A stretch of 64,000 nucleotides of DNA from Candidatus Hydrogenedentota bacterium (GTDB taxonomy: Bacteria; Hydrogenedentota; Hydrogenedentia; Hydrogenedentales; SLHB01): the NCBI GenBank assembly GCA_963674865.2, contig CAXXYE010000009.1:416001-480000 (forward strand), written 5' to 3'. Under the pieces are notes generated by a model. It made no database searches. It was not told the DNA's origin and saw nothing but the letters and a program-made list of their open reading frames with translations. A program made the translations under genes and the position numbers. This document shows positions 9,174-18,988 of the stretch, one piece after another. Each line of letters starts with the position of its first letter. Within the stretch, counting starts at the first letter, position 1.

Positions 9174-11621
9174 TCACGTGTGGCTATCACCGGCGCCGAG
9201 CCGCCGGATTGCCAAGAATGCCGCCGTGTACGTCAGCACCGCCAGCAGAAAGAGCACGCGGAATCCGAGATGCACCGTGACGAGGGTTGCCAGCGTGGCG
9301 CCGGTTACCGACGCGCAGCCGTTGATCCCCCACGCCCAGGGCAGCAGCGCGGGGTGGTCGTCTGAAACGCGCTGTAGTCCCATGGGGAATGGTATGCCCA
9401 TCGCGAACGCCAACGGCGACAAGAGGAAAACGCTCGCGATGATCTTCACTGCGTCGCTCCACCCGGCCCACGCCTTGAACGCCCCAGGCAGGAACGCGGC
9501 GTAGGCGGCCGTCAAGAGGGCGATGGCCAGTACGGCCCACCCGACGGGGGCGGTCGCGCCGGGCTTGCAGCGGCTGGCGAAAAGGCTGCCCAGGCCGGAG
9601 AAGAAGAGGAAACTGGTGAGCACGACCGCCACTGAATAGACGGGATACGCAAGGAAGAGCATCACCCGCTGGATGAAGCCCATCTCGAGCGCCATGTAGG
9701 CAAGGCCGAGGGCCGCGAAATAGACGAAGACCCAGCGCTTTGCCCCGGAGCGGCTCGGGCCGCGGGCGAGAACGATCAATGGCAGGAGGATGAACACGGC
9801 GCTCGCCAGTAGCCCCTGCAAGATCGTTGCTACGAGCGTGAGGTAGCCCCACTCGACGAAGGGTATCCATTCGGCGCCGAGGTCGCGGATGAGTCGCGGC
9901 AGGGCGCTCCACTTGAGGAAGCGGAAGAAGTGGGGGCGGTCGTCCGTGGCGGGACGCACGTAGAAGAGGGAATCCCGGTAGACGCTTTCCCGCCGCGTTG
10001 GATCGAGCACGCCTTCGGTGAAGGCGTAGTAGACAGGCTCATCGAGGAGCGTATAGCGGTTGGCTTCTTCGGGGCGGATGCCGGGGCAGTAACACAGGTC
10101 GAACATGCGATCACGGCAGAAGGCGCGCACCGCCTCCACCCGGTTCGCGGACATGGGCGCGCGCGACACCACGATGGTGGCGTTATTCCACGAGCGGATG
10201 AAGGCCAAGTGGTTCCCTGGCTCCTCGATGCCGGATTGCTCACATGCCTCGACGACGGTGGCCACCATCTTGAGCGCATCGCGCGCGGGCGTCTTGAGCC
10301 ATACGGTGATTGCCAGGACGCCGTCGGGCGTAAGCCGGCTGAGTTGAAGCCGCACCGCCTCAACCGTGTAGAAGTAGCTCTCGCTCAGTGCCTGGACGCC
10401 GGCCGTCGAGGCGGTGAACGATCCCAGCGATGGGATTTGTATCAGGTCGTACGTCTCCTCGCTGGACTGAAGAAAGCCCCGGCCCTCCCCGATCACGGGC
10501 GTTACATCCGGGCGGTCGTATAGTCCGCCGGCGAAGTCGCCCAGTTGGGTTTGGACGACATCGAAGACACGGGGGTCCACCTCGACGGCCACTACACGGC
10601 CGGCGCCATGGTAGAGCGCGCCCAGCACATTGGTGCCTCCGCCGGGGCCGATTACGAGCGTCTTCGGCGCCTCAACCAACCGGTACGGCAATGCGGAGGT
10701 GACGTAGTCCAGGTACGCGAACGGATCGAGGTCTCCCGTGAAGCGGTTGACGGGCGACGCCGCGCCCGCGTCAAAATACAACGCCACCTGTTCGGGCAGT
10801 TCCCCGAGTTGTGCCATGGGGTAATTCGAGATCTGGCCCGGCGTTTCCCGGATCTGCTCCGAGGAGACTGCCGTGATGACGGACATGGGGCTGTGCCACT
10901 CGCCGAGTATCTTGGCGTCCGGGAGTTGCTTCGCGTAGGACAGACCCTTGTACTCCGACACGCGCACCGGGGCGGGGCGGGTCACGCCGGCGGCCATAGC
11001 GATAAGCAGTAGCGCCGCCCCGGCCAGGCTCGAGCGGCGGCGCGCATCCAACGTCAAGAGCGCCAGGGCAAGGCCGGACACGCCGGCCAGGATATATGGG
11101 CCGCGGACAGGATGCGCCAGATAGAGCAGGCCCACCACGCCGAGAGCGCCCAGGCCGGATCCCGCCATGCTGAAGAAGTACACGCGGGCCACGTTGCCCG
11201 GCGCGAGAAAGAAGGCGATGGTGATGCACGTGGAGATCAGGAAGAACGGCACAGCGAGTACCACGTAAAGCGCGAGAAGGTTCCAGATTTGGTTCGGCTG
11301 GGAAACCAACTGGTAGGTTTCAAAGGGCACGCGTTGGCTGAGGGCGTAGCAGGCTACGAGGCTGACGGTAAGTAATGCCGCGCTGAAGCGGAGGGCACCG
11401 GCCTCGCGCCCTTTGAGCGGTGTCTTCAGCAACGCCAGGGCCGCGCCGCTGGCGCCGAATCCCAGCATGGCGATGCTGATGATCATGGAGGCGAAGTGGT
11501 GCCACTGGGCGATGGAGAACACGCGCATCAGGACGATCTGATAGGCGATTCCCACCGCGCTGATAAGCAGCACGGCCGTGTTCAACCAACGCGGCGTCAG
11601 GCGCGGCTCACGCTCGCTCAC
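9174..11621 (-). CDS. Polytopic membrane protein with central spermidine-synthase-like class I SAM-binding domain
   Basis: About 7 N-terminal and about 7 C-terminal TM segments. Central LVIGPGGGTNV...VAVEVDP...GEGRGFL...YDLIQI motifs. Confidence 0.85.
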   Translation of the reverse strand: MSEREPRLTPRWLNTAVLLISAVGIAYQIVLMRVFSIAQWHHFASMIISIAMLGFGASGAALALLKTPLKGREAGALRFSAALLTVSLVACYALSQRVPFETYQLVSQPNQIWNLLALYVVLAVPFFLISTCITIAFFLAPGNVARVYFFSMAGSGLGALGVVGLLYLAHPVRGPYILAGVSGLALALLTLDARRRSSLAGAALLLIAMAAGVTRPAPVRVSEYKGLSYAKQLPDAKILGEWHSPMSVITAVSSEQIRETPGQISNYPMAQLGELPEQVALYFDAGAASPVNRFTGDLDPFAYLDYVTSALPYRLVEAPKTLVIGPGGGTNVLGALYHGAGRVVAVEVDPRVFDVVQTQLGDFAGGLYDRPDVTPVIGEGRGFLQSSEETYDLIQIPSLGSFTASTAGVQALSESYFYTVEAVRLQLSRLTPDGVLAITVWLKTPARDALKMVATVVEACEQSGIEEPGNHLAFIRSWNNATIVVSRAPMSANRVEAVRAFCRDRMFDLCYCPGIRPEEANRYTLLDEPVYYAFTEGVLDPTRRESVYRDSLFYVRPATDDRPHFFRFLKWSALPRLIRDLGAEWIPFVEWGYLTLVATILQGLLASAVFILLPLIVLARGPSRSGAKRWVFVYFAALGLAYMALEMGFIQRVMLFLAYPVYSVAVVLTSFLFFSGLGSLFASRCKPGATAPVGWAVLAIALLTAAYAAFLPGAFKAWAGWSDAVKIIASVFLLSPLAFAMGIPFPMGLQRVSDDHPALLPWAWGINGCASVTGATLATLVTVHLGFRVLFLLAVLTYTAAFLAIRRLGAGDSHT

Positions 11622-11691
11622 GATGATCCCGCCTCCGCATCAGAACATCCGGGCCAGGCGTCCGGCCTGCAAGCGTACCCCTAGGCATACA

Positions 11692-12456
11692 TCATGGCTC
11701 CGACGCGCCGGGTTCGGCAGGCCCCCGCATGAGATGGGCAAATTGAACCGTGCGGATGTTCCGCTGCGTCACGTTGCCGTCTTCGCTTTTCTCGACGAGC
11801 ATCAGGTTCTGCACCTGGAGGGGGGGGCCGACGGGGATAACCATCCGGCCGCCGGGCTTCAACTGCTCGACAAGAGGCGGCGGAATGTGGCTCGCGGCGG
11901 CGGTGACGACGATCGCATCGTAGGGGCCGTGCTCTTTCCACCCGAAGTAGCCATCGCCCTGCTTCGCGTGGACGTTGGCGTATCCAAGCTTGCTAAGACG
12001 CTCCTTGGCGGCCGCGGCCAGCGGCTCGACTATCTCTATGGTGTATACCTCGCGCGCAACTTGTCCCAATACCGCCGCGTGATAGCCTGAGCCTGTGCCG
12101 ATCTCGAGCACAACGGCGTCTTTCGGAAGTTTCAGCAATTCGGTCATCGCGGCCACGATGGAAGGCTGCGAGATCGTCTGGCCATGTCCGATAGGCAGCG
12201 GGCGATCCGCGTAGGCCTTCTTCACGAGGCGCTCGGGAACGAATTCGTGGCGGGGAACCGTGCGCATGGCGCTTAACACCGCGGGGTCCTTGATGGGGGT
12301 CTTGCCAAATCCCGTTGTTCCCGCGATGTGTTCCTCCACCATTCGTTCGCGGTCGGCGCGGTAGGGGTCGCCGTTGTCCGTGGGCGGGTCGGCCCATGCC
12401 GGCGCTAGGCATAGAAGCAAGGCGGCCAGCAGGATCCCGCCGCCACGGTAGGTCAT
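11692..12456 (-). CDS. pcm: Protein-L-isoaspartate O-methyltransferase with N-terminal signal peptide
   Basis: VPRHEFVP, AYADRPLPIGHGQTISQP, VLEIGTGSGY, PYDAIVVTAA, QLKPGGRMVIPVG. N-terminus MTYRGGGILLAALLLCLAPAWA|D. Confidence 0.92.
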   Translation of the reverse strand: MTYRGGGILLAALLLCLAPAWADPPTDNGDPYRADRERMVEEHIAGTTGFGKTPIKDPAVLSAMRTVPRHEFVPERLVKKAYADRPLPIGHGQTISQPSIVAAMTELLKLPKDAVVLEIGTGSGYHAAVLGQVAREVYTIEIVEPLAAAAKERLSKLGYANVHAKQGDGYFGWKEHGPYDAIVVTAAASHIPPPLVEQLKPGGRMVIPVGPPLQVQNLMLVEKSEDGNVTQRNIRTVQFAHLMRGPAEPGASEP

Positions 12457-12585
12457 AGACTCTCGACTCGCGCTACACCTTGTCATGATACCGTTCCCAT
12501 TACCTTACTTTGCGCCGCCGCCATCACAACAGGTTGGCCTCCCCGCTGTCAAGCCGTCCCTACATGAATGCAGCGGCGAGCGCCC

Positions 12586-14112
12586 TTAGTCGCGCTCGAT
12601 GTGATAAAGGCGCACCTCGGGCTGGCGGTTGCCGAACACGTCCATGGCGTACCGTAGGCCGCGGCCCGCGAGAGCTTCTTCAAAGGCGCCGAAGTCGTGC
12701 GTATCGTCCGGCATGACGATGACAAGCACCCACCCGGGATCCGTGTCCACTATGACGTGTTCGGCGGCCTCATTGAGCGAGCGCATGCCGCGGATGCGCT
12801 CCTCGGGCAAGTCCGTGTTGTACAGAACCGTGTCGCGATGGGTTCCCGTCACTACGAGTACTTCCTCCCGGGCCGTTCCGTGGGCGGCGATGAAGCGGCC
12901 GGCCGACTGCGTGTCCAGGCGCCAAGGCCCCGGCTGCCGGTACAGGTTGTAGCTGCACAATGCGAGGAGCCCACAGGCCAGCGCTACCTTCGTGCCCGGG
13001 TATTTCGTCAGGGAGACGGCGCCGCCCGCGAGCAGGAGCAGCGGCACGGAGCTGTAGAGGACGTATCGCGCGGCGAAGCAGGGAAAGAAGAGGGCCGAGA
13101 CGGTGAAGAGCGCGGCGGGGGGAATGATGAGCCAGGTCATCAGAAACACGAGTGTATCGAGCCGGCTCCAACCGCCGCTCTGCGTCCCGTCGCGTCGTTC
13201 TTGAATCCACCGCATGCACGTCACGAAGACATTCCACAGTGCCAGCAGCAGAAACACCCGCCAGAACACGGCCCCGATAGTCCGGTCTCCGAAAAGGGCG
13301 AAGTCCTTGAGCGTCAGGTTGCTGACGCCTGTGAACAGGAGGATGGTGCCGAGCACCGTCAAGTAGGAGTGTTCTATGGCGTGCCGCCAGGATACCGCCG
13401 CTTCGATTCCTTGGACGTCGAAGGAGAGCAGCCATGGGATCAGGAGAAGGGCGCCGGGCACGTGCCCCGCGGCCCAGCCGAGGAGGCGCTTGAATCGCCT
13501 CCGCCTGAGGCAGTAATACGCCAGGAAACAGCCCTGGGCCACGATGAACCACACGGCGAAAAGGTGCGTCCATACCGCAAGCGTGTTCGCGGCCACGTTG
13601 AGGAACCACCATTGGCTGCGCTCTGTCTCAAGGGCTCTTACCAAGGCAAAGGCCGACGCCAGGCACAGAAAAAACACGAGCGAGTACATGCGCACTTCCT
13701 GGGCGTAGTAGATGTGCGAGATGGAAAGCACGGAACACGCCGCGGCGATTAGGCCCGCGGTGCGGTCGTAGAGCGCCTTGCCCAGGAGGTAGATGATAGG
13801 AAGCGCCATTGCCCAGAAGAGGATCGATAGGAGGCGAACCGCGTAGAGCGAGCCCCCCGTTACCCGGGCCCACAGGTATTGCAGCGCGAAGTAGAGAGGC
13901 ACCATGGTTGGGTCTTCTTGCCGAAAGGCGGCAAGAAACGTCCTCAAATCGGGCGCGTCCAGGTGCCTCACACTCACCACTTCGTCGAAATAGGCGGACT
14001 CGCGTTCGAGATGGTAGACGCGGAGCGCCCCTCCGATGAGCACCAGCGCCGCCACCGCGCCTGCCACAAGATACCGGCGCGCCGCAGCTCTCTCAGAAGG
14101 CGCCTCAGGCAT
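12586..14112 (-). CDS. GT-C fold (PMT/ArnT-like, GT39/GT83) membrane glycosyltransferase
   Basis: LRVYHL...YFDE, PLYF, YAQEVRMYS, ARY motifs and many TM helices. Confidence 0.88.
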   Translation of the reverse strand: MPEAPSERAAARRYLVAGAVAALVLIGGALRVYHLERESAYFDEVVSVRHLDAPDLRTFLAAFRQEDPTMVPLYFALQYLWARVTGGSLYAVRLLSILFWAMALPIIYLLGKALYDRTAGLIAAACSVLSISHIYYAQEVRMYSLVFFLCLASAFALVRALETERSQWWFLNVAANTLAVWTHLFAVWFIVAQGCFLAYYCLRRRRFKRLLGWAAGHVPGALLLIPWLLSFDVQGIEAAVSWRHAIEHSYLTVLGTILLFTGVSNLTLKDFALFGDRTIGAVFWRVFLLLALWNVFVTCMRWIQERRDGTQSGGWSRLDTLVFLMTWLIIPPAALFTVSALFFPCFAARYVLYSSVPLLLLAGGAVSLTKYPGTKVALACGLLALCSYNLYRQPGPWRLDTQSAGRFIAAHGTAREEVLVVTGTHRDTVLYNTDLPEERIRGMRSLNEAAEHVIVDTDPGWVLVIVMPDDTHDFGAFEEALAGRGLRYAMDVFGNRQPEVRLYHIERD

Positions 14113-14179
14113 CTCCGGACGGCTCCCTCAACATCATGTTCGACTCCCGCCTCTCATTGTCTTCCATCACAGCCGGCGC

Positions 14180-15256
14180 CTACGCCACCTCCGCGAAATC
14201 GGCAATGGCCCGGACAATCTCGGGGAAACTTGAGCGCCACACCTCCGCGGGAACGTTTTCGGAGATCTGGATCTGGAGCCGCCCGGTGCGCGCACCCTCT
14301 TCGAGGATGCCCATCGTTGCGTCGTAGGCCGCTTTCGGGCCTTGCAGATGGACGGACGATGGGAAGTTGATGCCGACGCGCATCTCCGGCCAGCGGCCGA
14401 CGGCCTCGGCGACGCTCGTGTCGTTATCCGGCGGCGGGGACATTGAATCCAGGCCGCGCACACGCGATGCGCCGATGGAATCCCACAGCGGCTTGAGGTT
14501 GCCGTCCATATGCACGTACACGGGAATGTCCTTCCCGGTTTCATCGAGCATGGCGGCCAGTTCGTTGTACGCCGGAACACAGTATTCGTCGAAATACCGC
14601 TTTCCCACCATGGGCGCGGTGATGTTGTCCGGGCAGTTGATATACGGGATCGGCAGTTCCTTGACGGCGCGGCAAGCGACCTCGAACGTCCGCCGCTGCA
14701 CGTCGCCCATCAGGGCGAATACCTCCTCCATGAGATCCGGGCATTCCACCATGTGGGCCGCGAGGTCGCCCATACCGACCCACTGCACCCACAACTGCTG
14801 GAACGGGGTGCGCGGCACCGATGCGTGGGGAAGGCCATCACCGCCTAGGAGTTCCAATATATCGAGGATGGACTCCTGGTTGAAGCGCACTTCGATGTCG
14901 CGAAAATAGGCCATGAGGACACGGTAGTCCTCGGGGTATTTCACAAAGTGAGACGCCGCGGCGCTGGTGCCGTACGTCGGCTCATAGAGCCGCTCTTCCT
15001 CGAGCCGGCCCTCGGGGGTGCTTAAGGTGCGGCGGAATCCCTTCTTGCCGTCCCTCTCGATGTCCCACGTCTCGAAGGTGCAGTTCGGCGCGTCGAGGCG
15101 ATAGACGGGCATCCACCGGAGCAGGCCCATGTTTTCGCGTCCGACAAGCCGCCACACCTCGTCGTCGGGCGCGGCGAGGCCGCTGTACTGCACGAAAGGC
15201 ACGCGGTCGGGCATCCGGCCTTGGACAATGGCGAGCATTCGCTCCCTCATGTTCAT
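14180..15256 (-). CDS. Uroporphyrinogen decarboxylase/MtaA-like TIM-barrel protein
   Basis: MNMRERMLA...PDRVP N-terminus, PDNIT, YVHMDG. AGGAGG RBS supports the start at 15256. Confidence 0.8.
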   Translation of the reverse strand: MNMRERMLAIVQGRMPDRVPFVQYSGLAAPDDEVWRLVGRENMGLLRWMPVYRLDAPNCTFETWDIERDGKKGFRRTLSTPEGRLEEERLYEPTYGTSAAASHFVKYPEDYRVLMAYFRDIEVRFNQESILDILELLGGDGLPHASVPRTPFQQLWVQWVGMGDLAAHMVECPDLMEEVFALMGDVQRRTFEVACRAVKELPIPYINCPDNITAPMVGKRYFDEYCVPAYNELAAMLDETGKDIPVYVHMDGNLKPLWDSIGASRVRGLDSMSPPPDNDTSVAEAVGRWPEMRVGINFPSSVHLQGPKAAYDATMGILEEGARTGRLQIQISENVPAEVWRSSFPEIVRAIADFAEVA

Positions 15257-15379
15257 CCGCGGCGTCTCCTCCTGTCTTGCGTCACCGGCGAGCGTGTATA
15301 GTAGTCGACGATACATTCCGATGCCAGTGCGGCGCGGCTGCGCCTGTGTTTCTAAGAAGACGGTGGAGGTGCTTCGTTC

Positions 15380-16513
15380 ATGTCCGAGAAAATCGACGGT
15401 TCCACGGCCCATGATCCCGCGTTGGAAATTCCTGAGGTCTACACCGAGCCCGGCCGCAAGTACGCCGATGATACTCGGGCCTTTCAAGGCATTCCTGGTA
15501 TCGAGCGGGCCCCCAACGGGAGGCTCTGGGCGACGTGGTACGGCGGCGGAGAGAAGGAAGGCCCCGAAAACTACGTGCTCTTGAACACCAGCGGCGACGA
15601 CGGCGCGACTTGGAGCGCCCCGAAGCTGGTAATCGACGTGCCGGGCGACGTGCGGGCCTTCGATCCGTGCCTCTGGCACGATCCGCTGGGCAGGCTCTGG
15701 CTCTTCTGGGCGCAGGGACACAGCCATTGGGACGGCCGCGCGGGCGTGTGGGCCGTCGTGACGGAGGCCTCCGGCGAGGAAACGCCGGCGTGGTCGGAGC
15801 CGCGCAGGCTTTGCGACGGGATCATGATGAACAAGCCTATCGTCGCCTCAAACGGCAACTGGCTGCTCCCGGTGTCGATCTGGGATCGGCCGGCCAATTC
15901 CGAGAATGAAGTGTATCGATTCGACATGGGCGATCTGGCCGGATCGAATGTGATCTGTTCGGAGGATCAGGGCGCGACGTTTTCCCTCTTGGGGCAGGTC
16001 CACGTGCCTGAAAGCGCTTGTGATGAGCACATGCTTATCGAGCGGCGCGACGGAAGCCTATGGATGCTCGTGCGAACGAGGTACGGCATCGGGGAAAGCA
16101 CGTCTACCGACGGCGGGGTGACGTGGAGCGAGGGCGGGCCTTCGGCCGTCCAGCACATTCCCGCTGCCCGCTTCTTCATCCGGCGGCTCCGGTCAGGCCG
16201 GCTGCTCCTTGTCAAACACAATCCTCCCAACGGGAAGAGCCGCTCGCATCTCACGGCCTTCCTTTCCGATGACGACGGCCTGAGTTGGCACGGGGGGCTC
16301 ATCCTGGATGAGCGGGACACGATCTCGTATCCGGACGGCGTGGAGACTGCCGATGGAACGCTCTACATCATCTATGATTACTCGCGCCACGACGAGAAGC
16401 AGATCCTGATGGCGGTTTTCAACGAGGAGGACGTGGTATCGGGCGCGTGGGCGTCCCCGGCGGCGCGTCAGCGAGTCTTGATCAACCAGGCCACGGGGCG
16501 ACGCGCCTGTTGA
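15380..16513 (+). CDS. Sialidase/BNR (Asp-box) family glycoside hydrolase
   Basis: FQGIP motif and Asp-boxes SGDDGATWS, SEDQGATF, STDGGVTWS, SDDDGLSW; SYPD. Confidence 0.9.
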   Translation: MSEKIDGSTAHDPALEIPEVYTEPGRKYADDTRAFQGIPGIERAPNGRLWATWYGGGEKEGPENYVLLNTSGDDGATWSAPKLVIDVPGDVRAFDPCLWHDPLGRLWLFWAQGHSHWDGRAGVWAVVTEASGEETPAWSEPRRLCDGIMMNKPIVASNGNWLLPVSIWDRPANSENEVYRFDMGDLAGSNVICSEDQGATFSLLGQVHVPESACDEHMLIERRDGSLWMLVRTRYGIGESTSTDGGVTWSEGGPSAVQHIPAARFFIRRLRSGRLLLVKHNPPNGKSRSHLTAFLSDDDGLSWHGGLILDERDTISYPDGVETADGTLYIIYDYSRHDEKQILMAVFNEEDVVSGAWASPAARQRVLINQATGRRAC

Positions 16514-16519
16514 GCGTGG

Positions 16520-17434
16520 CTACGCGCTGAGCGAGGCGACGTGTTCCCGCAGTCCGTCTTCGATGGGGGTGGATGGGACGGGCAGGCCATGGGCCTGTAG
16601 CTTCGCCATGTTATACACGCGATGGCAGAGAAACGAGCGTTTGTCGGGATGCTCGGCCCGGTACGCTTCGACGGGAATCTCCTCAATACGCGTCGACAGG
16701 CTCAGGAGGTCGCCCACAATCCGGTAATACTCCCGGGACTCGATGACATCCGGGCCGGCGGTTAGATACGTCTCGCCGTAGGTTTTCGGATTGCCCGCGC
16801 AGCCGAGAATAACCTCGGCGAGGTCGCGGGCAAAAATGGGCTGTTGGAGGAAATGGCCACCGCCTACGAGCTTCAGCGACTCCCCGGCCTTCATACGCTT
16901 GATGAGGTCCGGGTCGCGGCCATGGGCGGGCAGGCATCCCAGCTTGGATCCCGGGCCGTAGATGTGGCACGGCCGTAGAATGGTCCACGCCATCTCGCCG
17001 GTGTCGCCGTCACGCAGGGCGCATTCGCACCGGCGTTTCTTGCCGCCGTAGGCGTCCTCGAGAAAGTGAGGATGGGTCTCATCGAGCGGGAACTTACGCC
17101 GGCTATCGGGGTCGAACACGAAATCGGTGGATATGAAGACTAGATGTTCCGTGCGTTCGCGGAACGCCGCGATATCTTGCTCGGCGTCCTCGACCTCATA
17201 GGCGATGCAGTCAACGACGAGGTCCCACCGGCGGCCGGCCGCGCGCACGGCCTGCTCGAATGCCGCTGTGTCATGTCGATCCGCCGTCAGCGGTGTCGCC
17301 CCTTCGGGAATGGCCCGTTCGCCGCGTGTGAGGGCCCACACCGCGTGGCCGGCATCCAGGGCGCGGCGCGCCAAGGCGCCGCTCACGAATCCGCTGCCGC
17401 CTATGACGAGGATGTCGAGCGGGCGGTCGCTCAC
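16520..17434 (-). CDS. NAD-dependent epimerase/dehydratase family protein
   Basis: ILVIGGSGFVS, FISTD, YGGKK, LRPCHIYGP. Confidence 0.9.
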   Translation of the reverse strand: MSDRPLDILVIGGSGFVSGALARRALDAGHAVWALTRGERAIPEGATPLTADRHDTAAFEQAVRAAGRRWDLVVDCIAYEVEDAEQDIAAFRERTEHLVFISTDFVFDPDSRRKFPLDETHPHFLEDAYGGKKRRCECALRDGDTGEMAWTILRPCHIYGPGSKLGCLPAHGRDPDLIKRMKAGESLKLVGGGHFLQQPIFARDLAEVILGCAGNPKTYGETYLTAGPDVIESREYYRIVGDLLSLSTRIEEIPVEAYRAEHPDKRSFLCHRVYNMAKLQAHGLPVPSTPIEDGLREHVASLSA

Positions 17435-18615
17435 GGCGCCTCCCCGGCTTCTCTAAGGGCCGCGCGGATCGGCGGCTCCAAGGCATCAGCCATGCGCATG
17501 AAGCCGAGGTCCGTCGGGTGTACTCCGTCCACCGTCCCTTCGCCGTCGTCTCCCAGCAACTCATCGCAGGGCACCAGCGACAAGTGCGGGACGCCCTCCG
17601 CGCGGAGATTCTCGTAGGCCTTCCGCAGCGCGGCGTTCTTCTCCGTGTATCCTTCATGCCTGGCTTTGTTGAACCACGCGTTCTGATACACCACATTTTC
17701 CACCAGCACGATGGGCGTGTCGGGGCGCGCCTGCCGCAGGGCCTTAACGAATGGCTCGACTCGCTCCGTCAGCATTTCGGGATTCATATTCGGCGCGCAA
17801 TCGACCACGTACAGAGCCGCGTCAAGTTCGCTGAGCAGTTCCGCCAGTTCGAGCTCCATCTTGCCGTTCCCGGAAAAGCCCAGGTTGATCACGGGCCGGC
17901 CCAGCCGGCGGGCCAGAATGGCGGGATAGGCCATCCCCGGACGCGAGGCGCATCCGCCATGCACGATGGAAGTGCCGTAGAAGCAGATGGACTTGGCCCG
18001 TTCCGCGGGATACGCCGGCGCCTTGGCGAGTTCTGCGTCGGCGTCAATTCCGATCTCGACTGACTCGACACCGTTGTACAGGGGAAAGTAGAGGAGGTAT
18101 TCGTGACGGCCCGGCGGCATGCCCGCCGCCAGTGTCGTCTCATTTGTCGGGAATTCCGACGGGCGGCCAACGCCGGCCCAGCGCCACCGTTCTCCGTCTT
18201 TCACGTAGAGATCGAGGCCGCTCACGCCCGTCGCGGCCATGTGGCCCATAGCGAGGCTTTCGAAGCGGAGCGTCCAACGGGCGGCGACGGTATCGGAATC
18301 GGTGACGAACCGTACGTGCAGGCCCGCCGAGTGCTGCGCCAAACGCCAGACGGGATCCGGCACCACGCCTTCGGACTTCCCCGGCAATCGATCGAACCGG
18401 TGTTTCGTGTCCTGCCAGGCCTGCCCTTCGATTCCCAAATGGGCCGCGTCGTACCAACGCGTGTTGCCATCCACGCCGGGCACGGCCATGTTCGGATCCA
18501 ATTTATCCAATTTCGGTTCGCCGTCCATCGTCACTCCTTCCGCCGCCGCCACAGCAGCCATCAACACCACCGCCAGATACGGCAGAACGCACCACTTGTT
18601 GTCATGAATGCTCAT
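17431..18615 (-). CDS. Secreted SGNH/GDSL hydrolase (GxDLY N-terminal domain)
   Basis: SGLDLY, FYGTSIVHG, NLGFSGNG, DGVHP, signal peptide. AAGGAG RBS supports the start at 18615. Confidence 0.9.
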   Translation of the reverse strand: MSIHDNKWCVLPYLAVVLMAAVAAAEGVTMDGEPKLDKLDPNMAVPGVDGNTRWYDAAHLGIEGQAWQDTKHRFDRLPGKSEGVVPDPVWRLAQHSAGLHVRFVTDSDTVAARWTLRFESLAMGHMAATGVSGLDLYVKDGERWRWAGVGRPSEFPTNETTLAAGMPPGRHEYLLYFPLYNGVESVEIGIDADAELAKAPAYPAERAKSICFYGTSIVHGGCASRPGMAYPAILARRLGRPVINLGFSGNGKMELELAELLSELDAALYVVDCAPNMNPEMLTERVEPFVKALRQARPDTPIVLVENVVYQNAWFNKARHEGYTEKNAALRKAYENLRAEGVPHLSLVPCDELLGDDGEGTVDGVHPTDLGFMRMADALEPPIRAALREAGEAP

Positions 18616-18728
18616 CGGGAACGACTCCTTTGCCAGTAGTCCGGAGTCTACACGACGTGCAAGGCGTCGAACAACGCGTGGCGGGGAAGACGGCCCGCCG
18701 TTTCGCCTCCGTGCGTCTACACTCATCC

Positions 18729-18817
18729 AACGCAGAGACGCAGAGCCCGCAGAGGTTCGCTGAGGGCTTCGACGCTATGTTGAGTCATCCTTTCCGGCTT
18801 TGGCGGCTTGGCGTGAG
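18729..18817. repeat. Two short triple-9-mer repeat elements upstream of the TPR gene
   Basis: aacgcagagacgcagagcccgcagag (18729-18754). ctttccggctttggcggcttggcgtgag (18790-18817), whose reverse complement resembles 5238-5264. Confidence 0.65.
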
Positions 18818-18988
18818 ACAGAAAACCGGTTCCGCACCTACGAACTGAATTGATCCTATCTACTAGCTGCGCTATGGTCATGGACATGCAGGACGCGTGA
18901 CGCCGCGCGACACATTGCCGCGCTCGTGCAGAGAGTTGGCTTGCGCCTCCGCTCAGGCACTGCCTGAGCAGACTTGGGGGATGTCAGA

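Noticed and set aside
15257..15727. N-terminal extension of the UroD-like ORF in the ORF track
   Set aside because: It overlaps the divergent sialidase, and a strong RBS supports the start at 15256.
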